Source: Octopus vulgaris (taxonomy: Eukaryota). From it: a stretch of 64,000 nt of DNA. Every line of letters starts with the position of its first letter. The stretch's first letter is position 1. Of the stretch, positions 11,036 to 25,628 are shown piece after piece. A program made the translations under genes and the position numbers. Where the stretch lies: the NCBI GenBank assembly GCA_951406725.2, contig OX597822.1, positions 4,712,001 to 4,776,000 of the forward strand, given 5' to 3'. Under the pieces are notes generated by a model, which had not been told where the DNA came from, searched no databases, and worked only from the letters and a program-made list of their open reading frames with translations.

Positions 11036-13269
11036 CAACAGAATCATCTCTGAAGTTAAACCCAAAGCTTTTGTATCTACAGATTCAAAGTCTTTTTACA
11101 CAGTCATTGTCATTTTGAATGAGATAATATGGCTAGAAAATGATTATCTAAATAAAAAAACAAGAAGAATCGACACATTGGAAGATGATGCAAAATCATA
11201 CTGATTATAAAGCATTTTGTATAAAAAATTTAGTCAATTAAAAGACTAGTAAATTAAATTACAGTGGTACCACAAGACCAGAAACCGTACATTGATATTT
11301 TGAGGATATGAAAATCTACCAAATGTCAGATTAGCAACTCTCATGCATAACTGGTATCACCAATATTATCAGTATCAGTTACTAATACCATCACTACCAC
11401 CTCCATTACTGTCTCTTTTATACCTATTTCCATCACCATAAGTCCCATCATCATTACTGCTGTTCTCTCTCCTTGTTGGCAGTGTTCGGAAAGATCTACA
11501 ATATTGTTCTTCCAATCATTTGTTTCAGTATTTTTTTTCAGAGATTGTGAAACTAATTTTTTACTAAATATACTTTTTGGGTTTAATTTTAAAAAAAACT
11601 TCATCTGCCTTTAAATGTATACAAATCTACATAATTTGTTTTCTGGTTTAAAAGTTGAATTTTCAAATATTTTTGCATTAGGAGTTGTGTGGGAAATTCT
11701 AAATCATATTGATTTTTCCTTTAAACCCTAACATACAATGTAACATTTATTTTTATCGTTTGATATGAGAGAGAATGTAATTCATTTATTATTGTCATTT
11801 TTAATGATGATGATGATAAAAATAACATTTTACATACATGCACGTGCATGTGTGAATGAACACATGTGCACTTGCATCTGAGTTACAAAATGCCTTCTTA
11901 CAATAACCCCACACCCCCGCCAAAAAAACCAATACAATATTTCTGTTGTGTGTGTGTGTATGTATATATGTATGAAAGTATGAATGTATGTTTTAAAATG
12001 CAGATATGAACTTGGTTACAACTACACACATAAACATACGCAACTACATTCATATGCAAATGCACATTAGTTTTACATCCAGCATGTTTTGAGCACTTAG
12101 ATTTGTGTAAGAAAAATAAAGCATAAAAACTGGGTATACACATACATGTATATTTGTGTAACCTCCTCTCCTAAATTCTTTAAGCACACCACGCACACAC
12201 ACATTCATGCAATTGATTCTGTCATCAAGACAAACTCTACCACATATATGAAATGAGTACTATGTACTTTATAGCAAACAATTATAAATTACACACATAC
12301 ATACATACATGAAATATAACTTTTATCGTAAAATTGAAAATGAGAAAGTGGCAAAGCATAAATATTTGTAGTAAAAAGTGGATTCTAGAAGTTTTTTGGA
12401 AGAAATTTAGGAAATTACATTCCAGAATTGATTTAAATTTGTGTAAACTTCAAAAGCTGCTATTTGAAGTTTTACCAATTTTAACTGTTTGGTTTGAAAA
12501 TTATTTCTGAAAAATCAGTCATGGAAAAACAAATGGATTTGCAATCGTTTTCGTTAACTTTAATCTGAAAACATATTTCTCTTGTACATTTAAACGGATA
12601 AAATTTTAGAAAGCCTATTTAATCCTCTTGCAGGGAAGGGAAAAAGAAAAATCAAAAGTTGCATGATGTAAAAATTGCAAATTTATGTAAAGATTGCAAA
12701 ATTTAATAACAACTGAATGGTGACTCTATAAAGTGCATTAATATATTTATACATTTATATATATATATTTACACACACACACACACACATATTTATAAAA
12801 TTTTTAAGTCCATCTAAACTCCATTTATTATTAAAGAGTGGTTAGTAAATGCTAGAAATGTATGACGAATTTGAAAATTAAATAGATAAGAAATAAGAAA
12901 ATAAATTAATATACTTCTAAATACATTTTTACATAATATCGACTAAAATGTGGATCAAAAATTAGTTTTCCCAAGCATGTTTCCCACTAAAGTCAAGAAC
13001 AATACATGTATTACAGAATGGAATTGAATATTATCCACTTTATAAAAATATGCTGATCTCCAATACAGGTAAAGGAAATGAAAATACCAACAGCTGTCAT
13101 TTATTTTAATTTAATACTGTTGAGTCAGCAAAGACTTGGTCTTTGCATTCACTTGAGCTACATTCTTGAAAATAATGTTTACTAGCCTTCTTGCAAGTGT
13201 CTAGTAAAAATACATTTAATACCAGAAAATGAAGATTTTGTTTATTTCACTCGTTATGTGTGGAAGAAG

Positions 13270-14460
13270 GAGCAGTACTCATTGCCTTTGCAAATCTTCC
13301 ATGGCTCATCTGACTGATGTTGTTTAAGTTCCACTTAAACTGTTGCATGTTAACATTTGCAAGAAAGACATGAACAAGGAGGACATTCCAGAGGGCTAAT
13401 TTTCAGGAGAGGAAAGACTGGGTCTTGTGGTTAGAGTAGGGCTTGAGCATTTTTATTCACAATAAAGTTGACAAGAAGAGGGGAGATGAGTGCATGAGTG
13501 GAGACAGCATGAGACTAGCCAAAAGCAGAAAAGGCAAACAGAAAAGACAGTATACCAATGGTACAGAGCTTGAAGCATATGTGGGAGTGAGTTTATGGCA
13601 ATTAGTCAAGTGACCTTTCATAGGATGTCTGTGTGTACAGCGGTGACACCACCACCTCAAGTGTGAGAGCAAAACTCCATTGTGAGTCTCACATGAGTTT
13701 TGAAGAGCGTCAATAATTGATGGAATCTGAGGTGCCTTCTTGCCCAAAAGAGAAGGACTATGCTTTGGAATGTGATTCAAGCTTTGTTAAGGGTGTGCTT
13801 TTGCAAGGAGAGTTCTTTAGTAATAATGAGACCTGACATTTGGACTAATTGTGAGGTCCCTAGTTGTGAGCTGCTCCTGTTCAGAGAGATGTGGTACAAT
13901 GATGTTTTCTTGATAGTCATAGTGCTTGTGTATTTTTGTTGTCCAAAAAGACAAGAATGGCATGACTAGAGCATCCCCCAATGGAGGATGCTTTAGAGGT
14001 CACAGTGCATAGAATCAGTGGGAATGTGGTGTCTAGACTGCATGTGAATGATGAGCAACTGAGGAAGGTCAGAAAGAATGAAAAGTTGTAGTCATCAGTG
14101 CAAGAATGGGCCTTGTTGGACCATTGCAGCAAGTAAGTCATTGATGTATGGAAGGAAGCAAGTGAAAATAGAGACAAAACCAAGCCCGGGGATGTGGGGG
14201 CAGTAGGATTGATTATGGGACACACAGAACAATGTACATATGTTGCGATGGTGTGATCTGATAGGAAGCTACTTATCCAAAATCTAACAGACTGGACCCC
14301 AGAAGTAAGAAGCTTTGATATGATATTGTATGACAAATACTTTCAAGGATTTTGTTGATGTCTACAGAAACAACAATGCTTTCACTAAATTTCTCTAAAA
14401 AAGAACTCACTTGTGAGCGACATAGGAGTATTGGCTTCTGGTGAATCTGGCTCTATGAAA
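13270..14460 (-). mobile_element. Decayed non-LTR retrotransposon RT fragment (CR1/L2-like)
   Basis: ORF 13917-14336 contains SKLLTSGV..WISSFLSDHT..PGLVLS..HSCTDD, matching the RT series KL..G...WI.SFL.DR, PQGSVL, YADD. Confidence 0.55.
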
Positions 14461-15957
14461 GCTATACATGTGGTTGTTATAATACTGAGAATGAGAAGTG
14501 TCAGCTGTTTCAGCCAACCACGGACACATTAGAGAAAATAGTTTTGGATGTACAAAGACAGAATAGTTACGCTTGGAATAACAAACTGATAGCAGTAGAA
14601 AAGTCTACACTAAAGAAAATGCACAATAGTAAAATATAAACAAGATTAGATTAAAGGGAAGATTATGGTAATATTCTCTTGAGAAAAAAATCTGTAATTT
14701 ATATAACCATGGCACCAGTACTACAGAGATTGTCTTATGCAGGCAAGACAATTTTAATAAACAATGAAGATATTACAGTTGAGCTATCAAACACTGCATT
14801 CTACTAGATCAATATACAACCTCAGATGATATGCCTAAGTAGATATTTCAACTAATATTCACCAATGAATTTCTTCAAAATAATATTCAATTTCAATCAT
14901 TTAATATTCCTAATCAGAAATTTCTCACCTTCTATTCTTAGTCAACCAAGCAGTCTCTATCTACATGGTTGCTTAACTTGCTAGAAATAGTAATTAAATC
15001 TACTTCAAATTACACTAACCATCTAAAGGAAAAAGACGTTGGACAAGGCAGTTTTATATATATAAAAAGACTATGACTGGAAAAAAACCCAAAAAACTTT
15101 CATTCTACTTCTGCCCAACCAGGGGTGGCCTAGAGGTAAACAATTCCTGCTGAGAGTTACAGTTGGTTAATTTAATAATAGAACAGCATTGATGATTCTT
15201 GCATTCTTTTACAGCAACAATATAGGTGCAATCAAGATGCAAACTTCTTTTTGGCTCACTTCATATACATAAATATATATTATATTTAGGTACAACTTAC
15301 TATTTTAATCATTAGCAATGTATAATTAGCAAATACTTCATTAGATTTTAGCAACCATCTCAACAGTTTAAGCAAAAAACAATACCATTCTGATTGCCTG
15401 TTTAATTTAATATACTCAATGAAACTTTATAACTTTTGCACTTAATATTTTGTACTCTTTCTTAGTCTATTATATATTCTATTGAATTAAATACAATTTG
15501 TATCAAGAGCCCATTATTAGGAAATAAATTCTTGACAATCAAATGAAATACTTACTACTACTACTACTACTACTACGCTACTGTCATAACCACCATTGTT
15601 TTTACGTGTAGCTGTCCATGTTAGTGTGTGTTAGGTGGAAAATTTCAAGGCAGTGTTCTATGGGTGGATGCCTTTTCTGATACCAACCCCTTTTAGCTGT
15701 CTCTTATGCCATGCAAGCATATGGTATACCTATTCTAAAACTGGGCTAACATATATATATATATATATATATATAAATCTTTAGTTAAATATATTCAATG
15801 AGAATATTATATACTGGATTTATATTGAGTGCTCAATTGTATCAAAGTATTAATACTATTAAGTATTTATGTATTTAATATGAGCGATTATATACATATA
15901 TATTTTTTTTAATGATATATTATTATTAAAATTAGGAAATCAATATCAAAACTCCTC

Positions 15958-15994
<37 letters not shown>

Positions 15995-16734
15995 AGTAAT
16001 CCATTGGTTTTTCCGTATTCTTGGTTTCAAAACTTTGATGGATTAACCATTTTGACATACCATGTGTGTTCATTTTGACATACCACACGTGTTCATTCAT
16101 CAGCACATCTCTACCCTACTGATTATACACTTCCCATATGTCTAAAGTACTGTGGACAGTTCTACTTTATCTTTGACCAATAGAGATTGGTATTTACATC
16201 TCACACTAACAATGGCACTCTCAGTTCCTTTATTTGAAGTAGCCATGCCTAAGGGTAACTTTAAGCAGAGGATCAATAAAAAATTTGGTATAGCCATTAA
16301 AAAGTAATGTGTAAATAAAGCATGTAAGCACATAATACACACAATGCCACCTGTGGTTGAGCAATGAACTAGACTGGCAACAATAGGAATTTCAAGTTCT
16401 TTCATAATTTATCAAGATTAAAGGGGGTGCAGGAACATTGGCAGCTGGAAAATTAGTGGTGTACTTGTATATCAAATGAGGTCTAGGTATGGCTGTGTAG
16501 TTGAAATCTTCACTTGAAACATGTAGTTTCACTTGAAACACGTGGTTTTGGATTCCATCCCACTGTGTTGTGTGAGTGAAATATTTGGTAAATGGAATCT
16601 GTATAGAACCTTGTGTGTGTGTGTGTGTCCGTCCTGGGGTACACACATGTCCGTGAAACTGTTTTGTTGTGTCTCCATACTGATACTGAACATAGTTTTT
16701 AGTAGTTTCGATGCATGAAATAAAAACATATCAT

Positions 16735-17101
16735 AATCATCACCACTATTTAATGTCTGTTTTCCATGCTGGCATGGGTTGGACAATTTGACTAGAACTG
16801 GCAAGAAGGAGAGCTGCACCAGGTTCCAATCTGATTTGGTTTAGGTTTTTTCAGCTGGATGCTCTTCCTAATGCCAACCACTTTACAGAGTGAGCTGGGA
16901 GCTTTTTATTTGGCACCAGTATAGATGCTTTTACGTGGAGCAGGCCAGGGTACCATTATGTAATACCAGCATGAGAGCTTTTTATGTTGTGCCTGTATGA
17001 TGAAAAAGAAATAAGGGTTGGCAACAATGCCGAGTAAATTTCCTCCTTACCATGCCAACATGGAAAAAAAAAAAGTGTAAGCATGATGATGATGATGATG
17101 A
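16735..17101. repeat. RTE-type 3' tail (-) followed by an opposite-orientation tail (+) ending (GAT)n
   Basis: TTCCATGCTGGCATGG near 16762 versus CCATGCCAACATGGAA..GATGATGATG at 17050-17101. Confidence 0.6.
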
Positions 17102-17503
17102 TATATCTTTGACAGCTAAATAAAATAAATATAGGTATTTCCTCTCACATCGATAGCTTAAAGACAGTTGTGGTTTTGCTAGAGTGATCCAATCTAAACA
17201 CAGAACATAAATATGAAACCTTCAGTAGTTCTTCCAGTGATTCTACAAGTTGTGAAGGTTGAAGATAGTTGTGTTCTTCAAACATGATATAAAATATGTG
17301 AAGGTGAAACTTTAATGTTTGAAAGTTTCCAGTCTGCACATAAAAATGGTTTTATTTTATTAATTAATACTGCTGGAACTGCAGATATAATTGTTCATTT
17401 ATAGAAGCATCTTTGCATCTATTACTCTCACTCTTTCTTTCTCTCACATGTACTATGGAAACACACACACACACATATATGTATATATATATATATATAT
17501 GTA

Positions 17504-17579
<76 letters not shown>

Positions 17580-17851
17580 AGTATAAAACTGTTTGTCTCT
17601 GTATATGTATACATGAATTATAAATGTAGCTGTGTTCATATGAATGGATAAATTCATATCTGTGCAAGTGTAAAGACACACACACACGCACACACATATA
17701 CATATAAATATGTGTGTGTGACTGCATATATTTAGAGAGATGTATCAATCAATGAATTCAAGAGAGATTTAAAACTCACTGATAATCTGCATACATTGAA
17801 GAACCTGGTTATCTGAATAGTGTTCGCACAATAAAGTTAATAATGTGGCAA

Positions 17852-17906
<55 letters not shown>

Positions 17907-18033
17907 GGCATACCAATAGAATAAAAATACAAAGGTTGTTTAGCAGTTGCAATGGTTGAACTGGTTACCACGATGACGATGAAACAACAATTATAATAAT
18001 GATAACGATGATAATAATAATAAATTGTTACTA

Positions 18034-18354
18034 TTATAGCCATGGTGATAACAATGGAAATGTGAGCAAAATGAAGATTTCATTTATCAACACAATAATA
18101 GTAGATGATAATGATGATGATAATTTGCCAAGTTTCAAAGATGACAGAGAGGAAAAGTTCAAATCAATAGATTTTGATTTTTGGCAATGTCCAATAGCTG
18201 AAAATGATGTATGCAGATGCCTGATATTGTGACCATCCTTGATATATTTATGGCTGCCATTACTATTCTTGACTTCCAATTTCTCTGTGGCCTTTATTTT
18301 TACTGACAACCCTGGATATTGCTTTCTTCTTATAACCAACATGAATGAAGAAAG
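18034..18354 (-). CDS. Candidate terminal coding exon with hydrophobic, GPI-signal-like C-terminus; product unknown
   Basis: Acceptor cttcttatcactgtag, then 106 open codons in phase 0 (LSSFMLVIRRKQYPG...SSSLSSTIIVLINEIFILLTFPLLSPWL*). Not a recognisable TE sequence. Confidence 0.3.
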   Translation of the reverse strand, partial: LSSFMLVIRRKQYPGLSVKIKATEKLEVKNSNGSHKYIKDGHNIRHLHTSFSAIGHCQKSKSIDLNFSSLSSLKLGKLSSSLSSTIIVLINEIFILLTFPLLSPWL

Positions 18355-19304
18355 CTACAGTGATAAGAAGGTTGCTGATTAACAAGATAAAAAGTGACAA
18401 AAGGATATTTCTCAAAAGTCTTGAACTCTGACCAACCAAAATCTAGTATTTTCTAAGCGCCTTCTAAATCTTGATCTGACCTCTGTGCAAGAAATGAAAT
18501 AATTCTCATGACAGAAAATACTGCAGTAAGTTCTATAACGTGTATGTTTAACAAAGAAATAAGTGCTTAGTTCCTTGAGATAACGAAAATGCTGTCAAGG
18601 CTGGAGAAATCTAGAAGAAGCAAGTTCAACAAGGGTTGCTAGTTTAGAGCAAAGACTTGGCAACCTAGTTAAATACAGAAGTGCCATTAACACAAATATC
18701 AGCAACATACACTGTTCTGTCACTTTTCTCTATTCAAACATCATCTCCATGCCATGTAAGTAAACACTGCCAATCATACATATCATTTAACAACAAGACA
18801 TGCTTGAAGGAGAAACTTGTTAATTCAATCATATTCAATTGCAGTAAAACACACGAGACCCCTATTTGTGATTGATCAGACCACTGGTTCAAAACTTCAT
18901 ACCAACCAACCATGCTTAATAATATCTAATTGTCTCTCAAATAATGAATGAATGAATGTATGTACATACCTACCTACCCACCTATCTATCTATCTGTCCA
19001 TCCATCCATCTGTCTATATCTATATATATACATAGATGTATACACACACATACACGAGTGAGTGTACAATCAAAAGAAAATGGCACTCAACATTTTTAGT
19101 AGGAGTTACATGCATTTTTTAAAACAGTTTGATTCAGGTCCATGTGAATGAAAGTTTCATGGGCCTTTCACAGATATCCATTTCTTTCAGGCCGAGATTA
19201 CCAAATCCAGTAAGCTAAGCCTGAAATAGACAACTTTCTGTTAGAAACCTGAAAAACTTAGGAAATGAATCAAACTGTTTTAAATAATATTCATCCTCAT
19301 CATT

Positions 19305-19575
19305 CCACTAGATCTCTTTCGTTATTGTTTGGTTTGGGTTTAAAAGTTGAAATTAACTAAACCTTTCATATCCCACCAAACAACACTTTATGTGGGTGAA
19401 GACCTTCTTTAACCTGGGTTGCCAGTGTTTCTCCTTCCCCTACCCACTGTCATCAGTGCTTGACATTTGTATAGAGAACCCATTTCTCGTCACCAGTCAC
19501 TATTCGGTCCAAAAAATGTTCATTCATGAGACGAAACAGCAAAGAAGAGCACATATTCACTCTTGGTGCACGATT
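19305..19575 (-). mobile_element. Mariner transposase fragment
   Basis: Translates FLDRIVTGDEKWVLYTN..QWV..GLHPHKV..WWDMKG, with stops. Confidence 0.8.
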
Positions 19576-19580
19576 ATTAT

Positions 19581-19617
<37 letters not shown>

Positions 19618-19619
19618 TA

Positions 19620-19885
19620 TCTGTATATAAAAAACAAAAGATGTCTGTGTTTGTGTGTCTGTGTGTGTAGTACGTATGCATTTCTACAGTTTTCAACCAA
19701 TTTTCACCAAACTTTAAACACACATTACATACATGCCAAAGACAGTCATACACTATAGCATTTTGCCCAGAGCCCCTGCGTAAAGCAAGAAACCGGGGAA
19801 AATGATATCCTAGGATGAAACCTCATTCATTGCTTAAATTTGCCCAGCAATATCATAATCTACGAAGCCAATGAATTGGTAGTAC
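19620..19885 (+). mobile_element. Probable non-autonomous Helitron-like element (3' end uncertain)
   Basis: A|TCTGTATATAAAA start, GTCTGTGT microsatellite, then CAGTTTTCAACCAATTTTCACCAAACT. The 5' architecture matches 58290. Confidence 0.4.
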
Positions 19886-20306
19886 ATCAGACAGAACGCC
19901 TCAGTTCTTATTCTGTCTGCACCCTGAATTTAAATTCCACAAAATTCAACTTTGCCTTTCGTCTTTTCGGGGTTGATGTAAAAGTACTAAATTCACAGTA
20001 GTGGATAAGCAGAACTGTAAGAAAGTCAGACTGGTTACCTTACAGTGTTTGGTTTAGTTCTTTGCATTCTGCGTTCAAACCCCTCTGTGGCTTACTTGAG
20101 TAAACTTAACCTAATGTGACAGCTTGGGTGTCTTTAATGGAATCCACACTATAACAAACATTGAAGCGAAGTCAGAATGTTTGCATATACTTTCTTCCCT
20201 CTCACCCATCTGAGAGGCCCTGAAAATAGGCATGGGTACTGCCATCCCTTCTGACTGAAAAATTAATAAAACAAAAATGTAAAACATCACAATGAACTTG
20301 ACTTAC

Positions 20307-20410
20307 ACCCTTCTTTGGTACCCACTGTGACTTATCATCTAGACTTCTACTGTCTATTCTATCTTCTTCAGAACTGCATTGCCGCATTGTTCTTTTGTAC
20401 AACTGTTCTT
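20307..20410 (-). CDS. Candidate internal coding exon (104 bp)
   Basis: ggatttctcag|AA GAA CAG...AAG GGT|gtaagt (consensus donor). The open frame EQLYKRTMRQCSSEEDRIDSRSLDDKSQWVPKKG ends in phase 0, compatible with the exon starting at 18354. Confidence 0.4.
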
Positions 20411-21682
20411 CTGAGAAATCCAACAAACTAGCTGACAATACTTCAAATTAGATATCAAATTAAAGAACTTCTTCCAGTCATTTTGATATTTCAATCTAAG
20501 ATAAACTAAAAAATCAAAAAAAAAAAAAATTGTCTAATGACAATCCTTCTCTAAGTAAAACAAGAAGACGTAACAGATTAATTGCTACTTAACATTTAAC
20601 CATTCATTTCTTGCTGGTATGGATTAGTCTGCAATATAATCCAACATCCTTTTGTGTGTCTTAATCCTATACATCACAATAATGAAATAAAGTTCTGTAT
20701 GATCATACTATTTGATCCTGAGTCTTGCTTCAAAGGTTTTCCACCAAATGAACCATTGAAGGCACTGCTACATAGTTATTTGATCTGCTAGAATTAGCAG
20801 GAAAACATATCTTAAATTACAATCTCCCTTCTTGAAGAAAGGAAGGAGACATTAAATTATATACTTCTAGATATACTATGTCTGAAAAAGAGAAAACTGG
20901 TTAATCATAGATGGAATGCTTCTCATCACAGTTCTGTTTGATAGAAGCAGTCCTGGAGCAAAGAACATTATTTTTTCAAGACACAGAAAAAGTACTATTC
21001 ATTGACATTACATAACCATACTAATATAGTCGTCTACACTACATACACTGAACAATGTTTTTCATGCAGTGTTATACTCTTAACTCACTTGTACTCAGCT
21101 TTTTCCAAAGCTTAATGGTGCAGATTCAATGAACTCTGCTCAACTCAGTTATCACAAAATGTGCTGCAAACTACCTACATTTTACTGCCATGCAGTAGCA
21201 TACTTCATTGGTAAACACTGTATAGCTTGTCCTTTGTTCTGAGATAGAATTCCTCTGTTGCCAACAGTGCAGAGCCTATTGATAAAGCGAAGCTGACAGG
21301 TACATCAAGACTATTCAAATAAGCTATTGGACTAAGATTTTATGCAAGGGAATTCTAATTTGCCACAATCTAAAGAGATTCTCTTTATGTAGCAATTTCT
21401 AGGTATTTATATTTCCGTACACCATAGAAAGAAAGTGCCCCTTTTCAAAGGTCTTTAACAGAAAAGAATATCCTTGGGAAAATTTCCGAGAAGCAAATAA
21501 TTGAAGAGAAAACAATGAAGCATCTTTGTAAAGTATGATTCAGTATTTAAACCTGTCAATGTTTTAATGAACAGCTCTCACCTTTAATTACATTTGTGCT
21601 GCTTATAGTAGCAACACCAAGTATTTCTGAATTCCTCTCTCACCTAAATTTATGTCACTCAAAATGAAATACTTTTTAGTGT

Positions 21683-21930
21683 TCATCATCATCATCATCA
21701 TAGTTATTGTTTTAACATCCACTTTTCCATGTTTGCATGGATCAGATAGAATTCAGTGAAGAAGAGTTTTCTATAGTCAGATGCCTTTGCTGTCACCAAT
21801 CCTCACCAGTTTCCAAGAAAGGCAACACTTCCTCATTTGGAGACAGATGACACTACTTGAATGATGATGATGTTCATTTACAACATTCACACAATGTCAA
21901 GACAATGAGACACACACACACACATATACA
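21683..21930 (-). mobile_element. 3' half of the RTE-tailed SINE variant
   Basis: Reverse complement resembles 36170-36402; (TGA)n tail at 21683-21700. Confidence 0.5.
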
Positions 21931-22229
21931 TACACATTATTATTATTGTTGTTGTTTCTGGCTTTACACTTTGAGTTGAAACACAGCCAAGGTCAACTTT
22001 GCTTTCATCTCCTTGTGAGTAACAAAGTACTGGAGGTCAATGGTATTGACTAATATCCTACCTTCAAAACTGCAACCTTACGTCTAAGTCAGAAAACACT
22101 ATTAATAAATGTTGTTACTGCCTTATTGTGTCAAATGTGAATGGTTCTATTCCCAGAATGCTATTTAATTGTTTAATAATTTTCATAATACTGCAGGATT
22201 GTCTTCTTCTGACTCTAAGGCTACATTCT

Positions 22230-22470
22230 GTTTATTCTTTTAGGGGGTTTTTTAGTCGAAGAAATCGATCCCAGGACTTATTCTTTGTAAGCCTAGTACT
22301 TATTCTATTGGTCTCTTTTACCAAAGCGCTAAATTACATGGATATAAACATAATGATATCATTCATCAAGTGATGGTGAGGAGAGAAACACAGACACAAA
22401 GACACACACACATAAATATATACATACATACATATATATACATTGGGCTTCTTTCAGTTTCCATCTACCA
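22230..22470 (-). mobile_element. SINE family A, truncated and diverged
   Basis: CCCAGGACTTATTCTTTGTAAGCCTAGTACTTATTCT..GGGCTTCTTTCAGTTTCC. Confidence 0.75.
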
Positions 22471-23778
22471 TTATTTTCATGATTTTCATGATTTTCATGA
22501 TGTTTCATCTTTAGATGCTTTTATTAGATTCATTCAGTTAATAAACATAAATTTTGGAATTATATATGAGACTATATATGGTCATTGGTGTATACAGACA
22601 TAGGGGCTCACAGTAGGGGAGCACAGTCTTCGGTGCACTTCTAGTAAGATCTTATAATCTCATCAAAGGTTTTCTTACATTTCTCATTAATTTAAAAATA
22701 GATATTAGTACAAAATATTTTTAGTTCCTATTAATGTATAATGTGAATAAATTAAATAAAGTACTACTGCAGCTAAATTTTGTTCCCATTCTCTAGAAAA
22801 CCACAATTATCTCCTAAAATATCGATGCTATGCAATTTTCAAGGTTAGTTTTGAAATCAAGAGAAAATATTACCTTAGAAGCATTAAAAACATTCCGAGA
22901 AGCAAAGTTTGTGTTACCCAATGTAATCAGACAGATAGGTAAGTAGATATAGATATTTAAAAAAAAAAAAAAACTAAAAATAATCTAAAAGTTTACAGAT
23001 TCTTGAGGACTTTTCTTATTTTATACTTAGTTGTGGCTGAAACTAAAGAAAATTGAATTCTAATGATATTCTATTAGATTAATTAAGATTTTAAAATATC
23101 TCAGCTACAGGTTGTTAGAATACGGAATTATTTACAACCAAAGGTAAATTTACATCATCAAACAAATTATGAATTAAGTTGAATAGAAGATGATTGAATA
23201 GGAGGTGAAAGATATGGGTGTGTGTGAAAGAGAGAAGGGTGGGGAAGGAGAAAGAAAAAGAGAGAAAGAAGAAGAAAAAAGAAGAAGGTATAGGAGAGAA
23301 ATGATTTCTTTAAGTCTTGTATATTCATCGGCATGTATGTTACATTCAAAGTAACTGATTCCAAATTTGGCAATCGGTGCCACTGGATGATGGCCAGTTT
23401 GTAATAGCCATCCCACCTATCTACTTATAAGTAACAACATTTCAATTAGAACTGCCAAGATGCAGAATTTAGCAGAGAGAACAATCATTTAAAAGCCATT
23501 AGCAACCCTTGTCTGTCTTCCAAAATAAGACGAAAAGAAGAAAAATAAAATACAAGACAACTAAACAAAGAAAGAAAGAGAAGCATAGAGTTACTGGTCA
23601 TAGCTGACCTGTCCAAACACCTCCGGTATTTATTGAACTGTTGAAATAGCTCGATCCATGAATAATAAGAAGCTGCTAGGGTTACGGTCAAATACTGGAG
23701 AGATTGGCTTAAGTTACCTCTTTTTAGAATACTTTTCATTTATTCATAACTTGAGCTACATAAGAATACCAACTGAGC

Positions 23779-23821
<43 letters not shown>

Positions 23822-24108
23822 AACAGAAAAATGAGATGGAAAAATGTTAAACTCATTAATAGTGGTATTTACTGAGAAATAAAGGCAACAATCCTTGAAT
23901 GAAAGACAATGTAGAAATAAGAAAGACGGGAACACGTGATGTGTAAGAATGCATTTATGTGCACACATACGCACATACAAACCCACAGGTCCTGATTAAT
24001 AATGCAGAGACTATTCAAATAAGGAGAGAGCACAATACTGTATTTTTTCAATTCTGAATAATGCTCACATACATATATGAGAGAGAAAGAAAAAGAGAGA
24101 GAGATGGG

Positions 24109-24152
<44 letters not shown>

Positions 24153-24548
24153 AAGAGAAAGAGAGAGGTGGAAGAGAGAAATGGGGAGGGGAAATGGTGA
24201 AGAAGGCCGAAGTTCTAGACATAATTTCAGTTGCATTTCAACATAGGCATTTTGTGGAAGAAAATGAACACACACAAACACACACGAAAATGTGTGTGCG
24301 TGTGTGTGCGTGCACATATAAGCATACATATATGAATATACAGATAAATGTTAATAATCTTTCTAGAGAAATTTAGGAATAACAACAAACCATTTACTGA
24401 TGAGAGATGCTCAATAGATTCAAATTTATTATAAAGTTTGTTTTGACTGGTATAATAAGTTCCATCTCACTGTCTATTTAACCAGACTGGTTCAACAAGA
24501 CATCAAGTGGAACTTCTCAGACAAAACAAATCTTATACACACACACAC

Positions 24549-24604
<56 letters not shown>

Positions 24605-25590
24605 GTAGCAGAAATGGATTAGAAATGCAAACATGTAAAAACAAGGACACAAAAAAATAAAGTCCCCTCGTCAGCTGGCAACTGGATGTCATGGCAATTT
24701 CAGCACCTTTAGATAGAAGTGCTCAATCCAGTGGCTGAAATAGCTTTTTTTGAAGCTGCTGGGATACTTGATAAGTATAAATCCTTTAATATAATGACAG
24801 TTGCGTCCATCTGTCTGTCAGAAGCTATCAGTAATTAGATAGAGCAAAAGAGAAGGCGAATGGAATAGAAAGGGAAATAAAAAAAAGAACGAAGGAAATA
24901 AAGAATGAAGGAAAGAATGAAAGGGATACTGAGGAGGAGCATCAGTCCGTCACAACTTATCAATAACGAAGGAAGGGATGATAAAGAGAGAGAAAAAAAC
25001 AATAGTAGAGTTAGAGAGAGAGGGGGAGAAAGAGAGACACACAAAGAGAGAGAACATATGCATATGTAAAAGGAATGTATGTGATTGTGTGTGCATGTGT
25101 ACAATGGAAATGTAAGAGAATACTGAACGCTGATATGTGTGTGTGTGTGTGTGTGCATGTTTGTATGTATGAAAGAGCATTTGTCATCAAAATGAAACTG
25201 AATTTTTTTCCTTCTTTCACTGTTTTGAAATTTTATTTCATATCATAAATTGTAACTGAAACATAATCCATCATTTTGAATGAAATATTTGCTTTGATAA
25301 TGATAAAAATAGAAAATATCATACATAGAAGAAAAAACAACGATAATATTCCTTTTCTTCCTTCAAGTTTGTTTTAAGTTCTTGCTGAGTGTCTTCCCGG
25401 CACCTACAGCAAATAAACTCATTGTGTACATCGATAAGTCACACACCAAATTATTCAATCCTTGCAATAGTGACAGCCATGTACGTCCGTTTTGTTCCGT
25501 TTGTCTAAAGCCTTCCGTAATTAGATGGAGGAAAAGAGAAGGTGAATTAAATAGAGAGTGAAAGAAAGAAAGATATATTGAGGAAGAGAG

Positions 25591-25628
<38 letters not shown>

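Noticed and set aside
17149-17331. Minus-strand open frame between gcag and gtgaga
   Set aside because: No recognisable homology; frames of this length are expected by chance.
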